Assembly: GCA_050273025.1 (NCBI GenBank)
Contig: CP158636.1
Location: forward strand, 7,440,001-7,504,000
Length of the DNA stretch: 64,000 nucleotides
Direction of reading: 5' to 3'
DNA from: Cenococcum geophilum
Taxonomy: Eukaryota
The translations under genes were made by a program, and so were the position numbers. Positions 22,745 through 35,829 of the stretch are shown piece after piece (within the stretch, counting starts at the first letter, position 1; every line of letters starts with the position of its first letter). A model generated the notes under the pieces. The model had not been told where the DNA came from. It ran no database searches and worked only from the letters and a program-made list of their open reading frames with translations.

Positions 22745-23783
22745 ATGGATATTAATGCTCTCCTTTATATGACTTCTATCGCTCTAGGAAGCTTTGCTAC
22801 CGCGGCGCCCCTTTATTCCAATACTACAGCTATAATAGGTAGTGGTCCGCTGAACAGTGGAGTACTAACTATAATATCTGCGGGTGCGATTAAAGAACTT
22901 CAATTAGCGCACTTCCTTGAAAATTTAGAGGCGTCCTTTTTTAATACTGGCTTAACGGAAATTATAAAGTAGGGAACAAATGAATATCCTAATAATGCTA
23001 TTGATGTTATTAGTAAGATTGCTGCTGTAAGTATACTACTACTTTAAAGTCTAGAAATATTACCTAACACTCTTATAGTAAGAAGAGGTCTACCTTAAAA
23101 GCCTTACAAACTTACTTAAGGCCTATAACATACCATTAATTTCTCCTTATAATTACTCCTTCCTAATAAATTTGACTAAGGGGTTCTTTAGACTTACCTA
23201 TCTTATAACCTTAGTAAGTATTAGAGCCACTATTAGACTTACTAAACGACTTGCAGTTACTAATCCTCTGCTTTTAAGATTGGTATTATTAATACTTACT
23301 GTTAAATTCCGCTATAATGCATTCTTTCGTCATATCTAGGACGAAGTACCTAATCCGGCTCCATTTAACACCGGGATTAGCGATATATAGGCGTATAATC
23401 TTGCTCTTTTATTTATCGTTCCTAGATCTTGCCCGGTTGAAGTCTTATTGCCTATTTTACCAAGACTAACTATTATATAATTAACTGGCGGAGTATTTAG
23501 TAACAGCACTAATAGACTATTAGAGAGTAAGTTTACGTAGGATCTAATGCAAATGCCATTTATTGCTGAAGAAGGCAAGCAACTTTTCATTAGATGGGTT
23601 AATTAGCTTAACGTGCTAGTATATATACCTCTAAATATCACCACCCTTGGGAGGGGGACCGCTTATATGCCACAAGAAATAAATAGAGTAACTTTCGCCG
23701 TAGTAACAGTACAGCAGCCTGATAATATCAATGATCTGACTCTTGCAACAATAGTAGGGCCGGTTATTATATTACCTTCCTAA
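22745..23783 (+). pseudogene. Secreted ferritin-like (Rds1/LsdA-like) protein, RIP'd
   Basis: Signal peptide, LQLAHFLENLEASFF, intron, then EEVYL (QEEVH), KFRYNAFFR, PNPAPFNTGIS, C-terminal VGPVII. Confidence 0.7.
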
Positions 23784-24174
23784 AAGAAAGTAGAAAGGTC
23801 TTATTATATCATTATACGAAGTTTAGGTTTTTTTGTTTTTCTAATATTTTAATATTTAAACTATAGAACAGGTAAAGTAGTAAGATTCTCGCTATATAGG
23901 TGTATAATAAATATAAAACTTTCTTCTTACTTATTAGCCACGGTTTTGTAAAGAGCATAAATAGCAAGGCTCGGTTTGTTTAATCGTTACGTTAAAGTTA
24001 ATAGCACTTTCTTATGCCATCACTAAGGAAACTTATAATTTGTTATAAAATATTTTTATTATTCTAAGGTGTTTTAGTTAGTATATTATAAAGGCTCAGT
24101 TAAAAAAATAGAATCTATTAATAGGTAGTAAATGAGAATTCTAAGATGAGGTCTGGAAGAAGGTCGAGGAAAGG

Positions 24175-24375
24175 TATTACGGCACTAGTAGAAATTGGTA
24201 GAACTTTATAGTTACGTGACTAGAGGACCGCATAAAAGAACCCTACTTTAGCCAACGCTGCTCTTCTTCTCCTTTCCTTTCTCTAGCTTTAGATCCTCGT
24301 TTATAGACTACTATTTATATAGGCTTGCGCGTCCCTTTTGCCGTGCTCGTACCTTAATTAACTAAGTCGCTAATA
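24175..24375 (+). mobile_element. Solo LTR of the Gypsy family at 52216-58108
   Basis: Colinear with the 52216-52437 LTR; 5-bp TSD AAAGG at 24170-24174 and 24376-24380. Confidence 0.92.
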
Positions 24376-25789
24376 AAAGGACACGTCTATATATATGGCG
24401 CTAAGGCTCGGCCGAGCCCCTAACTAGGGTTTATAACAGTGCCGTAATATATATAATAAAAGTTTAAAGGCTTATTAAATATTCTAGTGACTTATCTTTG
24501 CATAAATCGGCGCCCCTTAGCCTAATCTATCTGTAGTATAGTTAGTCTTTTTATATAAGGGGGCTACCTAAGCGGGCTGCCGGCACGCTCCCTATAAGTT
24601 TATAGCAATATAGTAATCTTTACAAAAATAGTGTGGATACGACTATAAGCCGTCCGCTCAAGATTTAAGAGTTAGTAATTGGTAATAGAAATAGGTAATA
24701 AGACATTCAATAAGACATTTAATAAGACATACAATTGTAAATAGTGGGGTAGTAAGACATTAGGTTCTAGTCTTAAAGATAGTAGTAAGATAGTAGTAAG
24801 GAAATCTGATTTAGTTTAATAGAGGTGTATATATACATCTAGGGCTTAATAACTTTTTTTCTTAAATTAGGGACAACTGCATATTTATAGCAGGTAAGAA
24901 TGTATATAGGATTAATATTTCACTACTAACTAATAATATCTATAGATGAGCTGTCCGTTACTAGGCTTGCTGCAAAACTATACCAGGACTAACTTTAAGG
25001 CTTCTATTATGTATGGCGCGCTTCTAATAATGTAAATATATATAAAGAGCAAGCAGTATAATAATAAACACAGTACCGGCGATTACTATACCCGTAACTC
25101 CCCCGCCTTTTAGAGGTTTAAAAGATAAGTATTTAGAAGCTTTTTGTCCTCTTATAAGAATATTATACCTACTTTCTATTTAGAATACACTTCTATATTA
25201 TAGGGCTCGACCTACTCTAGACTCTAGAACATGGTTTTATATATTTAAATTGCTTTCTTTTAAAAGGCTAGGAATATTCTGTACGTGAACTCTAAAACAG
25301 GGCTAGAACTTAAAGAGACTAATTAAAAAGAACAATGTATTTATACCTAGCCACGCCACCCTTACCCCTAATAGCTAAAAATAGGGGACCTAGAAACGGG
25401 CTCTATGGGTTTAAACACTATACCAACTAATAAGTAGACTAGTTTTAGGTCCGCATAGAACCCAATTATAGTCCTTGGTTCTGGCGACCATTAAAATTAT
25501 TCCTATACTAGATCTCTAAACATTAGGTAATAGTTAGACTAAATTCTTCTCCCCCTCCTTTATACCCAAAACAGGCCACTAAATTTCGCTTATAAATATG
25601 GTAGTTGTGCTTAAAAAGGCTTTAGGTATTTCCCTAAGCTTTAAATAACTAATAATGGACTCCCTTAAGCGGGAGAAATTTCGTAATATAAGGAGCAGCA
25701 TCACTATTAGTAAATTAATCTTAATTAGCTAGTTTATCTAGCCTAGGTGTAAGTTACCTATACTACTCCGAAGGAGGATAGTAAAGTAT

Positions 25790-26212
25790 AGCGTCTATCC
25801 CTGGGTCGCGGAAAACCCACCGTACCGGAAAATATAAGTGGTACTTTGACTTTAAGCAACTATAACTCTGTGTATACGTCGAGCTTTACTATAATTCTAT
25901 ACAAGTCGTATGCTGTGGCTACCTTTAAACATTTGGGGCCCCTCCTACCTATAAATTACGTTTGTATCGTCGCCTTCGCGCCTAATTCGCAGCGAGCCTC
26001 CTTTTATAGCGTAACAATGTCCCTTTACTACAGTACCACTATTAAGCTCTTACTACTTACAATACTTATATTAGGGTCTTATCTAAGCCTTAAAGCCTTA
26101 TTACAATGGTGGGAAGTTATCATTAGCATTATATCTGCTATAGCGCGCAAGTTAAAGTACCCCTTATATATCTCGGCACGGAGGGTGTCTCGGCATATAG
26201 GGAGGGACAGTA
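25790..26212. repeat. Repeat 'A' copies 4 (25790-26148, truncated) and 5 (terminal ~60 bp, opposite orientation); MITE-like arrangement
   Basis: gtcgcggaaaacccaccgtaccggaaaatataag matches 3065-3098; gttaaagtacccc...gggagggac matches 21597-21653. Confidence 0.7.
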
Positions 26213-26548
26213 ATAGCTTTTTAAGCTTTGCCCTCTTATAGATAGTTAGTACCAATCTCCTAAATATTACCGCTCTACTTAAACACGTATACGCGACTTA
26301 GATCCTTATTAAGTTACCTCTTTCCATTAGCCTCGGAAGAGAACAGTAGATTTTATTTCGCGAAATATATATTATGTTAATCAATATAATTAATAGACTA
26401 CGGTTATAAGGTAGGATATAGTCTTAAATAATACTTAGGAGGAGGAGGCAATTAAAACAGTAAGTAAAATCTTCGACTTATTAGAAGTCGTTCGCCTAGA
26501 CTATATACGCTATGCCTTTATGTCTATAATATGCTTATAATCTTAAAT

Positions 26549-27138
26549 TCAAGCAGCACTAGGAGCTCGGCAATTGACCCTTCCGTTATTATATATAAAT
26601 ACGCCGTTTCCGTTTTCTTCCGTTATACTATTTATCTTCTCTATTAGTTTTGTAGAGTATACGGACATTTTATACTTCTACTTACTAAGATTAATAGTAG
26701 ACTTTTTAAACGTATTGGGAGCACCTATTGCATAATTGTAAGTTAATTCCAACGTATTGCTGTTTAAGGTATAGTCTAAACAGGAGCTAAAGGCACCGCC
26801 ACTGCCCCATATTAGCACATATTTCTACTTTACTTCTTCCCTCCTTTCCCCTTAAGTAGTGGATTGGAGACTTACTTAAATAAATACCCCATATTCCCTA
26901 TAGCATTTATAATATATTAATCTAGATTTACGCTTAAGGGTATAGGCTCAGCATTAACCAATAAGCACGTAGCGCTAAATATATTGCCCTTAAAGCTAAG
27001 ATTAAAGCAATCTAGGAGATAGAAGCTAAAGACGGTGTCTTAACGCCGTGCAAGGGTTGGGGTAATGGGGGATAAGGAGACAAGTTAAGAGATAACGCCG
27101 AGAAGGAGAGCGGAGCTAAAAGTTCGTAAGGGATATAT
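26549..27138 (-). pseudogene. Small secreted CVNH-like (cyanovirin-N fold) protein, RIP'd
   Basis: Signal peptide, IFSATC...SVNLD*YIINAIGN, intron, GAFSSCLDYTL...LTYN...STINL, intron, IYNNGRVNC. Confidence 0.55.
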
Positions 27139-27989
27139 TGCTAGGATTGTAAATACGTTATAGGATAAAAGGTAGTAAATCTCGGTTTCGCGTATTTTTT
27201 TTTTAGGGGGGGGGGCGGATTTTATATAATTACTAATGAGTTAAAAACGGACGTCCTTTTATACTCGCTTAATTATCATTTAAGCATCTATTTATAGATA
27301 GGATATAGGGATTAAATAATAGGAAGGACAACTAATTTTAAGCGTGGCTATAAAATATATCTTAAAATAGAGAAGCATTTTAGGGATATTAAGGGGGCCA
27401 AATATGGTCCCCTTAATATAAATAGCAATAGGGAAATATCTTTAGCTATATTGGTTCCGCGGTCTTATCTAGCTTACGTGGCCTATTAATGCCCATAGAG
27501 TAACCCAATTAGGACGCTTAGCTATATTAGCTACTATATATAAGATGACGGTAATTATAAATGCCGATAGCTAAAGTAACGTTATACTAGTTCTTATTTA
27601 AACGTCCGAGATCCCTAAAAAGGTATTACGCGGTTAAGGCATTACATTTTCGCCGCTTATGCTCAGTTCTAACTATAAGGGACTTAGATGCTGCTAATTA
27701 TTTATATATATTTAAATAAAGTGCTAACTAACCTAAAACCAAACGCTATAAAGAACTGCGTACATTCTAAGCTATTTAAGAAAATTTATGCTTCCGCTAA
27801 CTCACGCCGTTAGTAATTAGACCTTCCTAACACGGCCTTCTAATATATTACGACAAAACATCCCTATAAAGCGCCCTTTTTTTTTACCGGTTATACTCCT
27901 AGTTCTTAATTAAAGTGTTTTTTTATAAATAGCTATCACAATCTCTAAATATGACCTTTAGCACCCCTAATTTCCGCCTCTATTGCCTA

Positions 27990-28931
27990 TCCTTCGTTCT
28001 TATAATATATTTTTAAATAACAGCTAGTATAAGAGTAGTCAGCAGTGTTATCACAATAGTATAGTAGAGAGCTCCTAAATATAATCTACTTACCTTACCT
28101 TTCTCTATCTCAATCTCGGATAATAGTTTCTTAGTCTTTAACTAGAAAATATACAAAACAACAGCAGGTATAAAGAAAGGGATATAACATACCATACCTA
28201 ATACTAAATAAATTACTACCCTTAATCGAACGCTAAGCCTTAGAAGAATAGCCGCGATATAAAATAAGCGGCTAAATATTAAATAGAAGAATATAGTAGC
28301 TAAGATAAGCATCAAAACCAGCCCTATAATTAAGCAGTCCTAGATATATATAGAAGTGACTTTCGTTAAAATCCCTTCTAGAGATTAAAGGTCATTAAGT
28401 TAGTCTCTAAGAAAGCTTTTAACCTCTTCTAGCACTATATTAGAGAGAGTTAATGGCAAGTCATCATATGTCATATTATAAGTAAATCCGACACAGAATT
28501 ATTTCGTACCTAGTAAGCAATTTTTAGGAATTAATTCCTCAATAGCTTTAGGAATGGCTGTAGCGGCAGCGTTTACGGCGCTTTGCACTTAGCTGATAGC
28601 ACTAGAGATGGCCGTCGCAACGCTATTAGCAACACTTATAACTTCGGTCTAAAAAGATTAAAGGATATCTCGCTCTAAAAGGGCGCGTAGTATAACGAAA
28701 GGATTATCTAGAGGTTTAATAGTAAAATTAAACTAAATTTAAGAACCTATTAGTTAAAGCCACTCGTAAAAATCCGGATAGAGAGTAATATCTTATACTT
28801 AAGGTTATAATACCCGCCTTTATGTTGCTTTCCTTATATAGTACCTACAGCGCTAGAACTATATAATAGATAGCGGCAAGTATAAAGGTAACTAAGACAC
28901 CTCGCTTTAGTTATATTCCTCCCTTTACCAT
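27990..28931 (-). pseudogene. Membrane protein of unknown function, RIP'd
   Basis: N-terminal hydrophobic stretch, Ala/Thr-rich linker, IPKNCLLGTK*FCVGF motif, further TM segments. Confidence 0.5.
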
Positions 28932-29249
28932 AATAAGAGGATAATAAACTTTAAGAGAATGCTTTAAAACTAGTTATATTGAAATAGAAATAGGCCAGTT
29001 CCTATATAAATTCTTCTAATACTTATACAAGAACTTCTAGTCCTAAAAATAGTCCTAAGTGATATAAAAATAGCTAACCTATGGCGATGTAACGGGGGCC
29101 TAGAATTAGGCCCTTTCTATTTTTTTTATAAATTAATATTATTAGATAATTTTACAAAATCTATACTAGAAATATGTATATATTATACTATCTCGTCTCC
29201 TTATTAACTAACAACATCTCTAATTATTAGTATATGCATTTTCATTATT

Positions 29250-30620
29250 ATCAAACGCCTATTACGGGCTATAGCCTTTACTAGGTCTTAACCTATGCTC
29301 CAGAACCGTTTAAAAACTTACATCTATTATTTTTCTTATTAGGTTTTTAATTGGGCCTACAAACAATAACTAATGGAATTAAGTGCCTTAACCTAAGAAC
29401 CCCTACCGCAATACTTAATGCTTAATAGCAGGAATGACGTAGACGGCGTATTCCTAAACATTACCATACGTCTACATAATAATATCAATTTAGGTAGCGA
29501 GTCATTAGTGTTATTATATAATAACGGCAGTTCCGAGGAAAGAGTTTTACTTAGGTCGTTAAGCCCTAGGAAGTACTTACTTAAGTAAAGCGTTAATAGC
29601 TAGGAATCTTCGTAAATTATAACTACTTACTAGTCTAAAGTTAAGGATATATCTCTTTCTTAAGTTAGAGCGCGAAGCCTAACGCCTAATTACTTGTTAT
29701 ATTTTTAAAGCAGTTCCTATACTTAGTGTAACTAGGACGGAGAAAAGAACGCTTTTTATCCTATACTCTTTTATTCCCACTTTATATGCTTACTCGCTCA
29801 CTCGCTCTTATAACCTTCTAAATATCTCTTGTTCTTATAGCGAATTTTATATACTTAAATTTTTCAACTATCTAAATTACTAGCTTAGATTGGGGATTTA
29901 ACTTAACAAAAGACCTCGCAACCTCCTAGAGGCGCTTAGGTCTTTAACTCCTCTAATAGGAGCCCGATTAAATTAAGCCCTTAAATATACTTTATTACGC
30001 TATCCTAAGCCTCCCATTAAAGTTGCTGGTTAGTATTCCTAAGCCAACTTACTTCTTCCTCTGCCTACTACCTAAGCTCTATCTCTATAGATATCTCATC
30101 TCTTAATTTACTTAACTCTTAAGCTAACCTAGCATTTTCCGTTTATAGCTTATTAATTTTTGCACTAAAGCTAACCTTTAGGTAGTTTAGCGTCTATAAG
30201 AAGTTAGGAAACCTAATAATTTAAGATATCTTGTATACATTTACCGATATTATAACGCCTTGCGCTTTTATAGAGTTTATCTTTATAGTAGCTATAACCT
30301 ATACAGCCTTAAACGTTATGCCAACTCCTTTATATAATTCCTTATAAGCACCAATAAAATTATCGCTTATATTTTTTAAAAAAATTCTTAAGAATAGTTC
30401 CTCCTTTTCTAGTAGCACTCTTTAAATATAAGGATCGTCTAGGCCAGGAATAAGACGGACTTATAACGGCTCTATTATAATTTCTAACTTGCTCCCTATA
30501 GAAGCGTTAGTTATAATTAAATAGAGCTTGTTCGGTCTTACCTATATATTTTAATAATTGCTCCTAGCACTTGTTCCTCCACTTTCCGCGTTTAATATTG
30601 CTCAATTATATTAGAGCCAT
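29250..30620 (-). pseudogene. Coiled-coil protein of unknown function, RIP'd
   Basis: After an intron: KLEIIIEPL*VRLIPGLDDPYI*RVLLEKEELF...KNISDNFIGAYK, followed by heptad-like sequence. Confidence 0.5.
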
Positions 30621-33320
30621 TTTAGTTTATACCTCTACAATCCGCAAAAAAACAAATAAAAGATATATTTATTTATTTAAACCAAGTAATATAAGGCTAG
30701 TTAGCTTAGTATAAAAACAATATAGGTTTTAATAGGATGTGATTTAGGGCCCTAAAACTAGTCTTAGGATACCTATTTTAAGTAGGGTACCTTTTTTAGG
30801 AACCTTCTATTTATAGTATAACCAAGATACACTATAGGAAAGACAATAGCGCAACATTTTTAAGAGGCAAGTGGTAGCAATACCAAAATTAGCGTAGGTC
30901 TATATTACTAAGGGTATAATAGGAATAGATATTAAGGTTAGAGTAGGGTAGGGAACAGACCTAGCCGGAGACACAGATTTCACCCTAGTCAACCTATCTA
31001 ACCGATAACCCCTAGAGGACAGAAAGCTTCAAAGGTTACAATTTATCGCAGCCTCGGTTTTTATTTATACTGTCTTACTATTTTATAGGATTTACGTAAT
31101 AGAGTTGCGTAAGGGTATGGCCCTAGTATGCTAGTGGTTTATTTAGGCTAGAGTAGAGTAGATTCGGCCCCGAATCTACTCTAATACACTACTTTAAATC
31201 CAGTAGGCCACTATATAGGAGTAGCAGCTGTCTAAAAAGGCAACAGTGAAGCCTAGATATTAAGCCTAATAATCAAGGCTTCGCTTTATAGATAATTGCA
31301 ACATTATATCTAATATAATCTTTTCTATCAAGCATAATATGATTAAAAACAATAATTAAGTTAATGAATGTCAGGTTCTGTGGAATTTTACTACCCCATT
31401 CTCTTAAAAACCTCACTTAGACAGTTAGGGCAGCTATATACCCTGTCCGCTAAATCCTCGGACACCTATAGTACATTAGTTAGTAAAGCTGTTTATAATC
31501 GCACTCCTTATTATCTAGGAACTTTACGCCAGCGTAATATTAATGCCAATCTACTAAAGAAATCGAATAGTTAAAAACAGGAAGGTAGTTGCTTAGTAAA
31601 TCTAAACTAATACTAATTATGTAATGTTCTAATCGCCTACTATGAATAAAGAAAGTCTAAAATATCCCATAACGTCCCTTAATCTCGATCTTCTCCCTTA
31701 TATAGATTACTAACTAAAGCTTTTATACAGTTTCTGGTATATAGACGTCCGGATTAGCATCTATTCTAGTAAGGCAATCCCTAGTAGACTTCTTTATCTT
31801 ATTAAGAAGAGCCTCTATCTTATTATGGAGAGCCTTTATCTTATCTATAGATGTAAGACCCCTCCTACGCAGATGCGTAGCTACTGATATGGCGATAGCC
31901 ACAATTGACACTAGTAGTTTTGTCGGGGTAAAACCTATCCTATCTATCGGTTTTTGTTAAGTAAATATTGGTATAAATACTATATTTTCAATCTATAGCA
32001 GAGTCGAGATAAGGGGGCGCTCTAGTAATTTTAAGGTTTCCTTCCAATTGCCTTATTAGTCTATACTACATAATCCCTATAGACGGCTTACTTAAGTATC
32101 CTCGTTGCCCTTAGCTTACTTTTAGTTATAAGATTGGTCCTTAACACGCTTCTTAGTGATTAGCGTTAAAGTAGGTAACCGAGCGCTTAAGTTATTGGTG
32201 GGCGAATTATTTATATCCGGTTTAATATCCATTGTAATATCTTAGTAAAGTAAAGGCTGGTAATTTAAGTGAACTAGGAGCTTGGGGCAGTTTAAATACC
32301 TAATTTTACGTAAGGACGCATAAACTTAGCAGATATATATTTGACCCAACTCAATATTCCATTAGGAGCCTAAAAAGGCCAAGTTTTCTAACAAATTTTT
32401 TATAACTACATTATCCTTAGGTAGTGGCTTGCGGCATATATATGCTGTAAGACTCTATATTACGCCTAAAGCCTATAGATATAGGCTTTCCACTAAGCTC
32501 TAGATTAGATAGTATGATTATAAGCGGGGTTATAGGGTAATGTTAGCTATATTAGATTGGTGGCTTATATAGTAGGGTAAGCTGGTTATCTAATGCAACC
32601 CACGGGATAAGGGTAGATAAAAAATTATGTTAAGCTAATACTATATAGTGCATTGCATCAATCGCACCACGTATTTACGCTGTACTAGACGCTGCGCGTG
32701 AAGAGGACTAGTAATTAGGCGGATTACTAGATAATATAAAGGTGGCATACCGTCAATAACGCTTCTCTTGGAGTAAATCCTAAAGCTAGGAATTATTAAT
32801 AAGCTATATATATATTTACGGAGATTACTAGGCGCTAGAAGGTTATTTCTAGTAAGGATTAAGCCTTAGCTGGCTTATTTAGGGAGGTTGCCGCAACTAT
32901 AGAAATATTTTCAGCTAGCGTTAAGAGTAAATTATATATATCCTCTTTTGCCCCCTACCTACCGTTGCCGTAATATACGCCCTTAACCGACCTAGTACAG
33001 CCTATACTCCTAGAGCTAAGTAAAATCTTACTATTTGCCTTAGCTAAGTAAACAGTATAATAGTAGCCATTAACGAGTTCGTTGGCATAAGTTATGTAAA
33101 CTAGGCTAACTACGTAAAATTAAGCCTTGGCTATTGCTGTAAAATATTAGCGGTGTATAGCTATAGTAAATATTAGGAAACATATATTTAATCTCTATAA
33201 ATTTAACGTAGCTATACTAATAGAAGTAAGACAATTATAGTTTCCTACAAAGATTAACCTTCGAAAAATATTAATTGGAAAAGAAACCTATAAATTATTA
33301 AGATTAGCGCGTAGTCACTA

Positions 33321-33558
33321 GTGCTGTTGCTGGTATTTCGAGGTATAGGTTATAGCGCGAAGGCTTTAGGTAGATAACGGAGTTCTTAGTGGACCTTTTA
33401 TATTATAATAGTTACCTAAAACGCTGTCTCTGGTACATAGTAGATGGCTTAGGGCGCACTTATTTACGGCGTGCTTGGGGGCCAACCTATATATATACGT
33501 CCTGTAATAACAAAGACTAGTAAACGCCTACATCTAAGGTATTAAGTCTAGGTTAAGG
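33321..33558 (+). repeat. Direct repeat copy 1 (~235 bp)
   Basis: Colinear with 34356-34580 (ggaccttttatattataatagttacctaa; catagtagatggcttagggcgc; aaagactagtaaa). Confidence 0.85.
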
Positions 33559-34355
33559 ACAAGAATAGGTAATTAACTTCGTTTATAGATGTTATATTCT
33601 AGGGAAGACTAAGATTAATTCTTAGTAAGTACTAGGACAGAATAGTAAAATAACTTGCTAATCTAAATACTTAGTCCTTAAGATTTGAGGCCAGCCACTA
33701 TTTAGAGCTTTAGGTCTCCTAAGTATATAAAACGGTATAAATAAGCACACAAAGCCGCAACCGCCGCCGCAGCTTTAGGCCTATAGAAGTACCTAGCTGT
33801 CAAGATTCTAAAACCTACCCCTATACCAGTCGAAGCCGCATTAAGATGCACTTTTATAAAATCTTGGTTAAGCTTTATTATACGCTTCCCTAAATTATCT
33901 AGAGTTAATTCTCCATCCTATATATGCAGAATACAATTAGACTAACTTTTATACCGGACCGGGCGTCTATTATGCTTAAATTGTGCTAAGATCTCAGTAC
34001 TATAGTTACTGGTCCCGCGGAGATAGTCTGAATATTAAGTTATATAATTTCTGCGCTTAGAGTATGGCGTAAAATAAACACCAATTGTCTTAATAACCTA
34101 TAACTTCGTTAATTTTGCTTAGTAATTATACAGATAATAGCCTCACTTTAACTTCTCCTAGCTCTAGCTCTGAAAACTCTTTAAATTTATATAAAGAAGC
34201 CTTATCTGCCTTAGAAACGTTCTCTCCGTCTTTAGGGACTTAACGGCACATAAACGCCATATTGGTTATTTGCTTTATAATATATACTAGCAAAGATAGA
34301 ATATATACGTTTAGGCGTACCTTAAGTATAGCTACTAAATAAAGAAGTTAGTAGC

Positions 34356-34580
34356 TGCTGTTGCTAGTATTTTAAGGTATTAGTTATAGCGCAAAGGCTA
34401 AAGGATACGGGGTTCTTAGCGGACCTTTTATATTATAATAGTTACCTAAGACGTAGCCTCTAGTGCATAGTAGATGGCTTAGGGCGCGTTTAATTGCGGC
34501 GTGCTTAGGGGCTAATCTATGTCCTATAATTATAAAGACTAGTAAATGCCTGTATCTAAGGGACCAAGTCTAGGTTAAGG
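34356..34580 (+). repeat. Direct repeat copy 2
   Basis: Colinear with 33321-33558. Confidence 0.85.
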
Positions 34581-35829
34581 GTAAGAAGATAAGATTAATT
34601 TGTATTTAGAGGCTATAGGCTAATAATATAATAGTTTCTGGAGGTAAGAGCGAATATAGACGCGAATCTAATACTGGTAACCTCTTACGGTATATTAGTG
34701 GAGAGGGTTTTAGGTGGCATATTTGGTCTAGCTAGGAAAGTTATAGTATATTTATAGCTTTATGCGTAACGAAGACTGGGCTATTAGTTAGGAGTAAAAG
34801 GGCGACCGCATTATTAAAAGCGGAAAGAGGGTACTACAGGCGTGTGCTTTAAAGGATTAACGGGAGTATTAATTTAAATTGGGGTATAATAGAAGTAAGT
34901 ATCGCGATTAACGTGTTAGCGGTGAGGGTTTTGTTAAGAAAAAAATGCCATGAGTATGCCTGTAGGAAAATGTGGGCTAAATAGTAGCTTAATGGTTTTA
35001 AGGTTGGGAAAATAAGTTACGTGGTAAGCTATACCCTACTAAAAATACTGCCTAAAACGCCCCTCTAAATAACTGCCCGAAACGCCTTTATTAGCGGTAA
35101 TGACTTTTTTGTCCATATCTTGGGTCTAGTCCTAGCTCTATAAAAGAGGTATATTTATAAGGTTTTATTACCCATCCACCGAGGCTACTACTAAGAAACC
35201 GCTCTGTCTAGGCATATTTACCCTAGTATAGATCTAAAGCATCTATTATAATTCTACGCAATTCATATCGGACCGCTTAATCCCTAATAAGGAAACACCT
35301 AGACAGCGTAGTAATTAGTAAAGAGGTGGAAGGCATAATAAGAAGTCTAAAAAAATGGCTTTTAAGTAATAGAGAATACAAACCGGCTCCTAAGTTAAGA
35401 TACTTTAACTAGTATATTAGCACCAGGTTAGAACAAAAGATTAGCGGCTTGTGTAACAAAGTAGGGAGTTAGATTATAGATATAAGTATTCTTTAGCAAA
35501 AACATCTAGTATTTAGTGCTAATAATACACTAGGCACTAAAATTTGGCGCTATAGTAAGGCTAAGAGATTCTATTTAGGGAGGATAGTTAACTGGCAAGA
35601 ATAAGCAGTTACTTATCTCTGCTAGGGTTTTGTAGGGGTCCTCCCTTTCGCAAGTTTTAGATAGGAAGACGAGCGTACCTTTTCCTCCTAGGATAGCAGT
35701 ATACTGTGCACCTAATTACCAGGCGTTTGTTAGCGGCGGTATTGAATTCATAGTTATACAATGGCCTATAGGTTAGAGTGGCCTAAAAAAATAATAAAAA
35801 TAAGTTATTAGCTTATGCTAAATTGCTAA

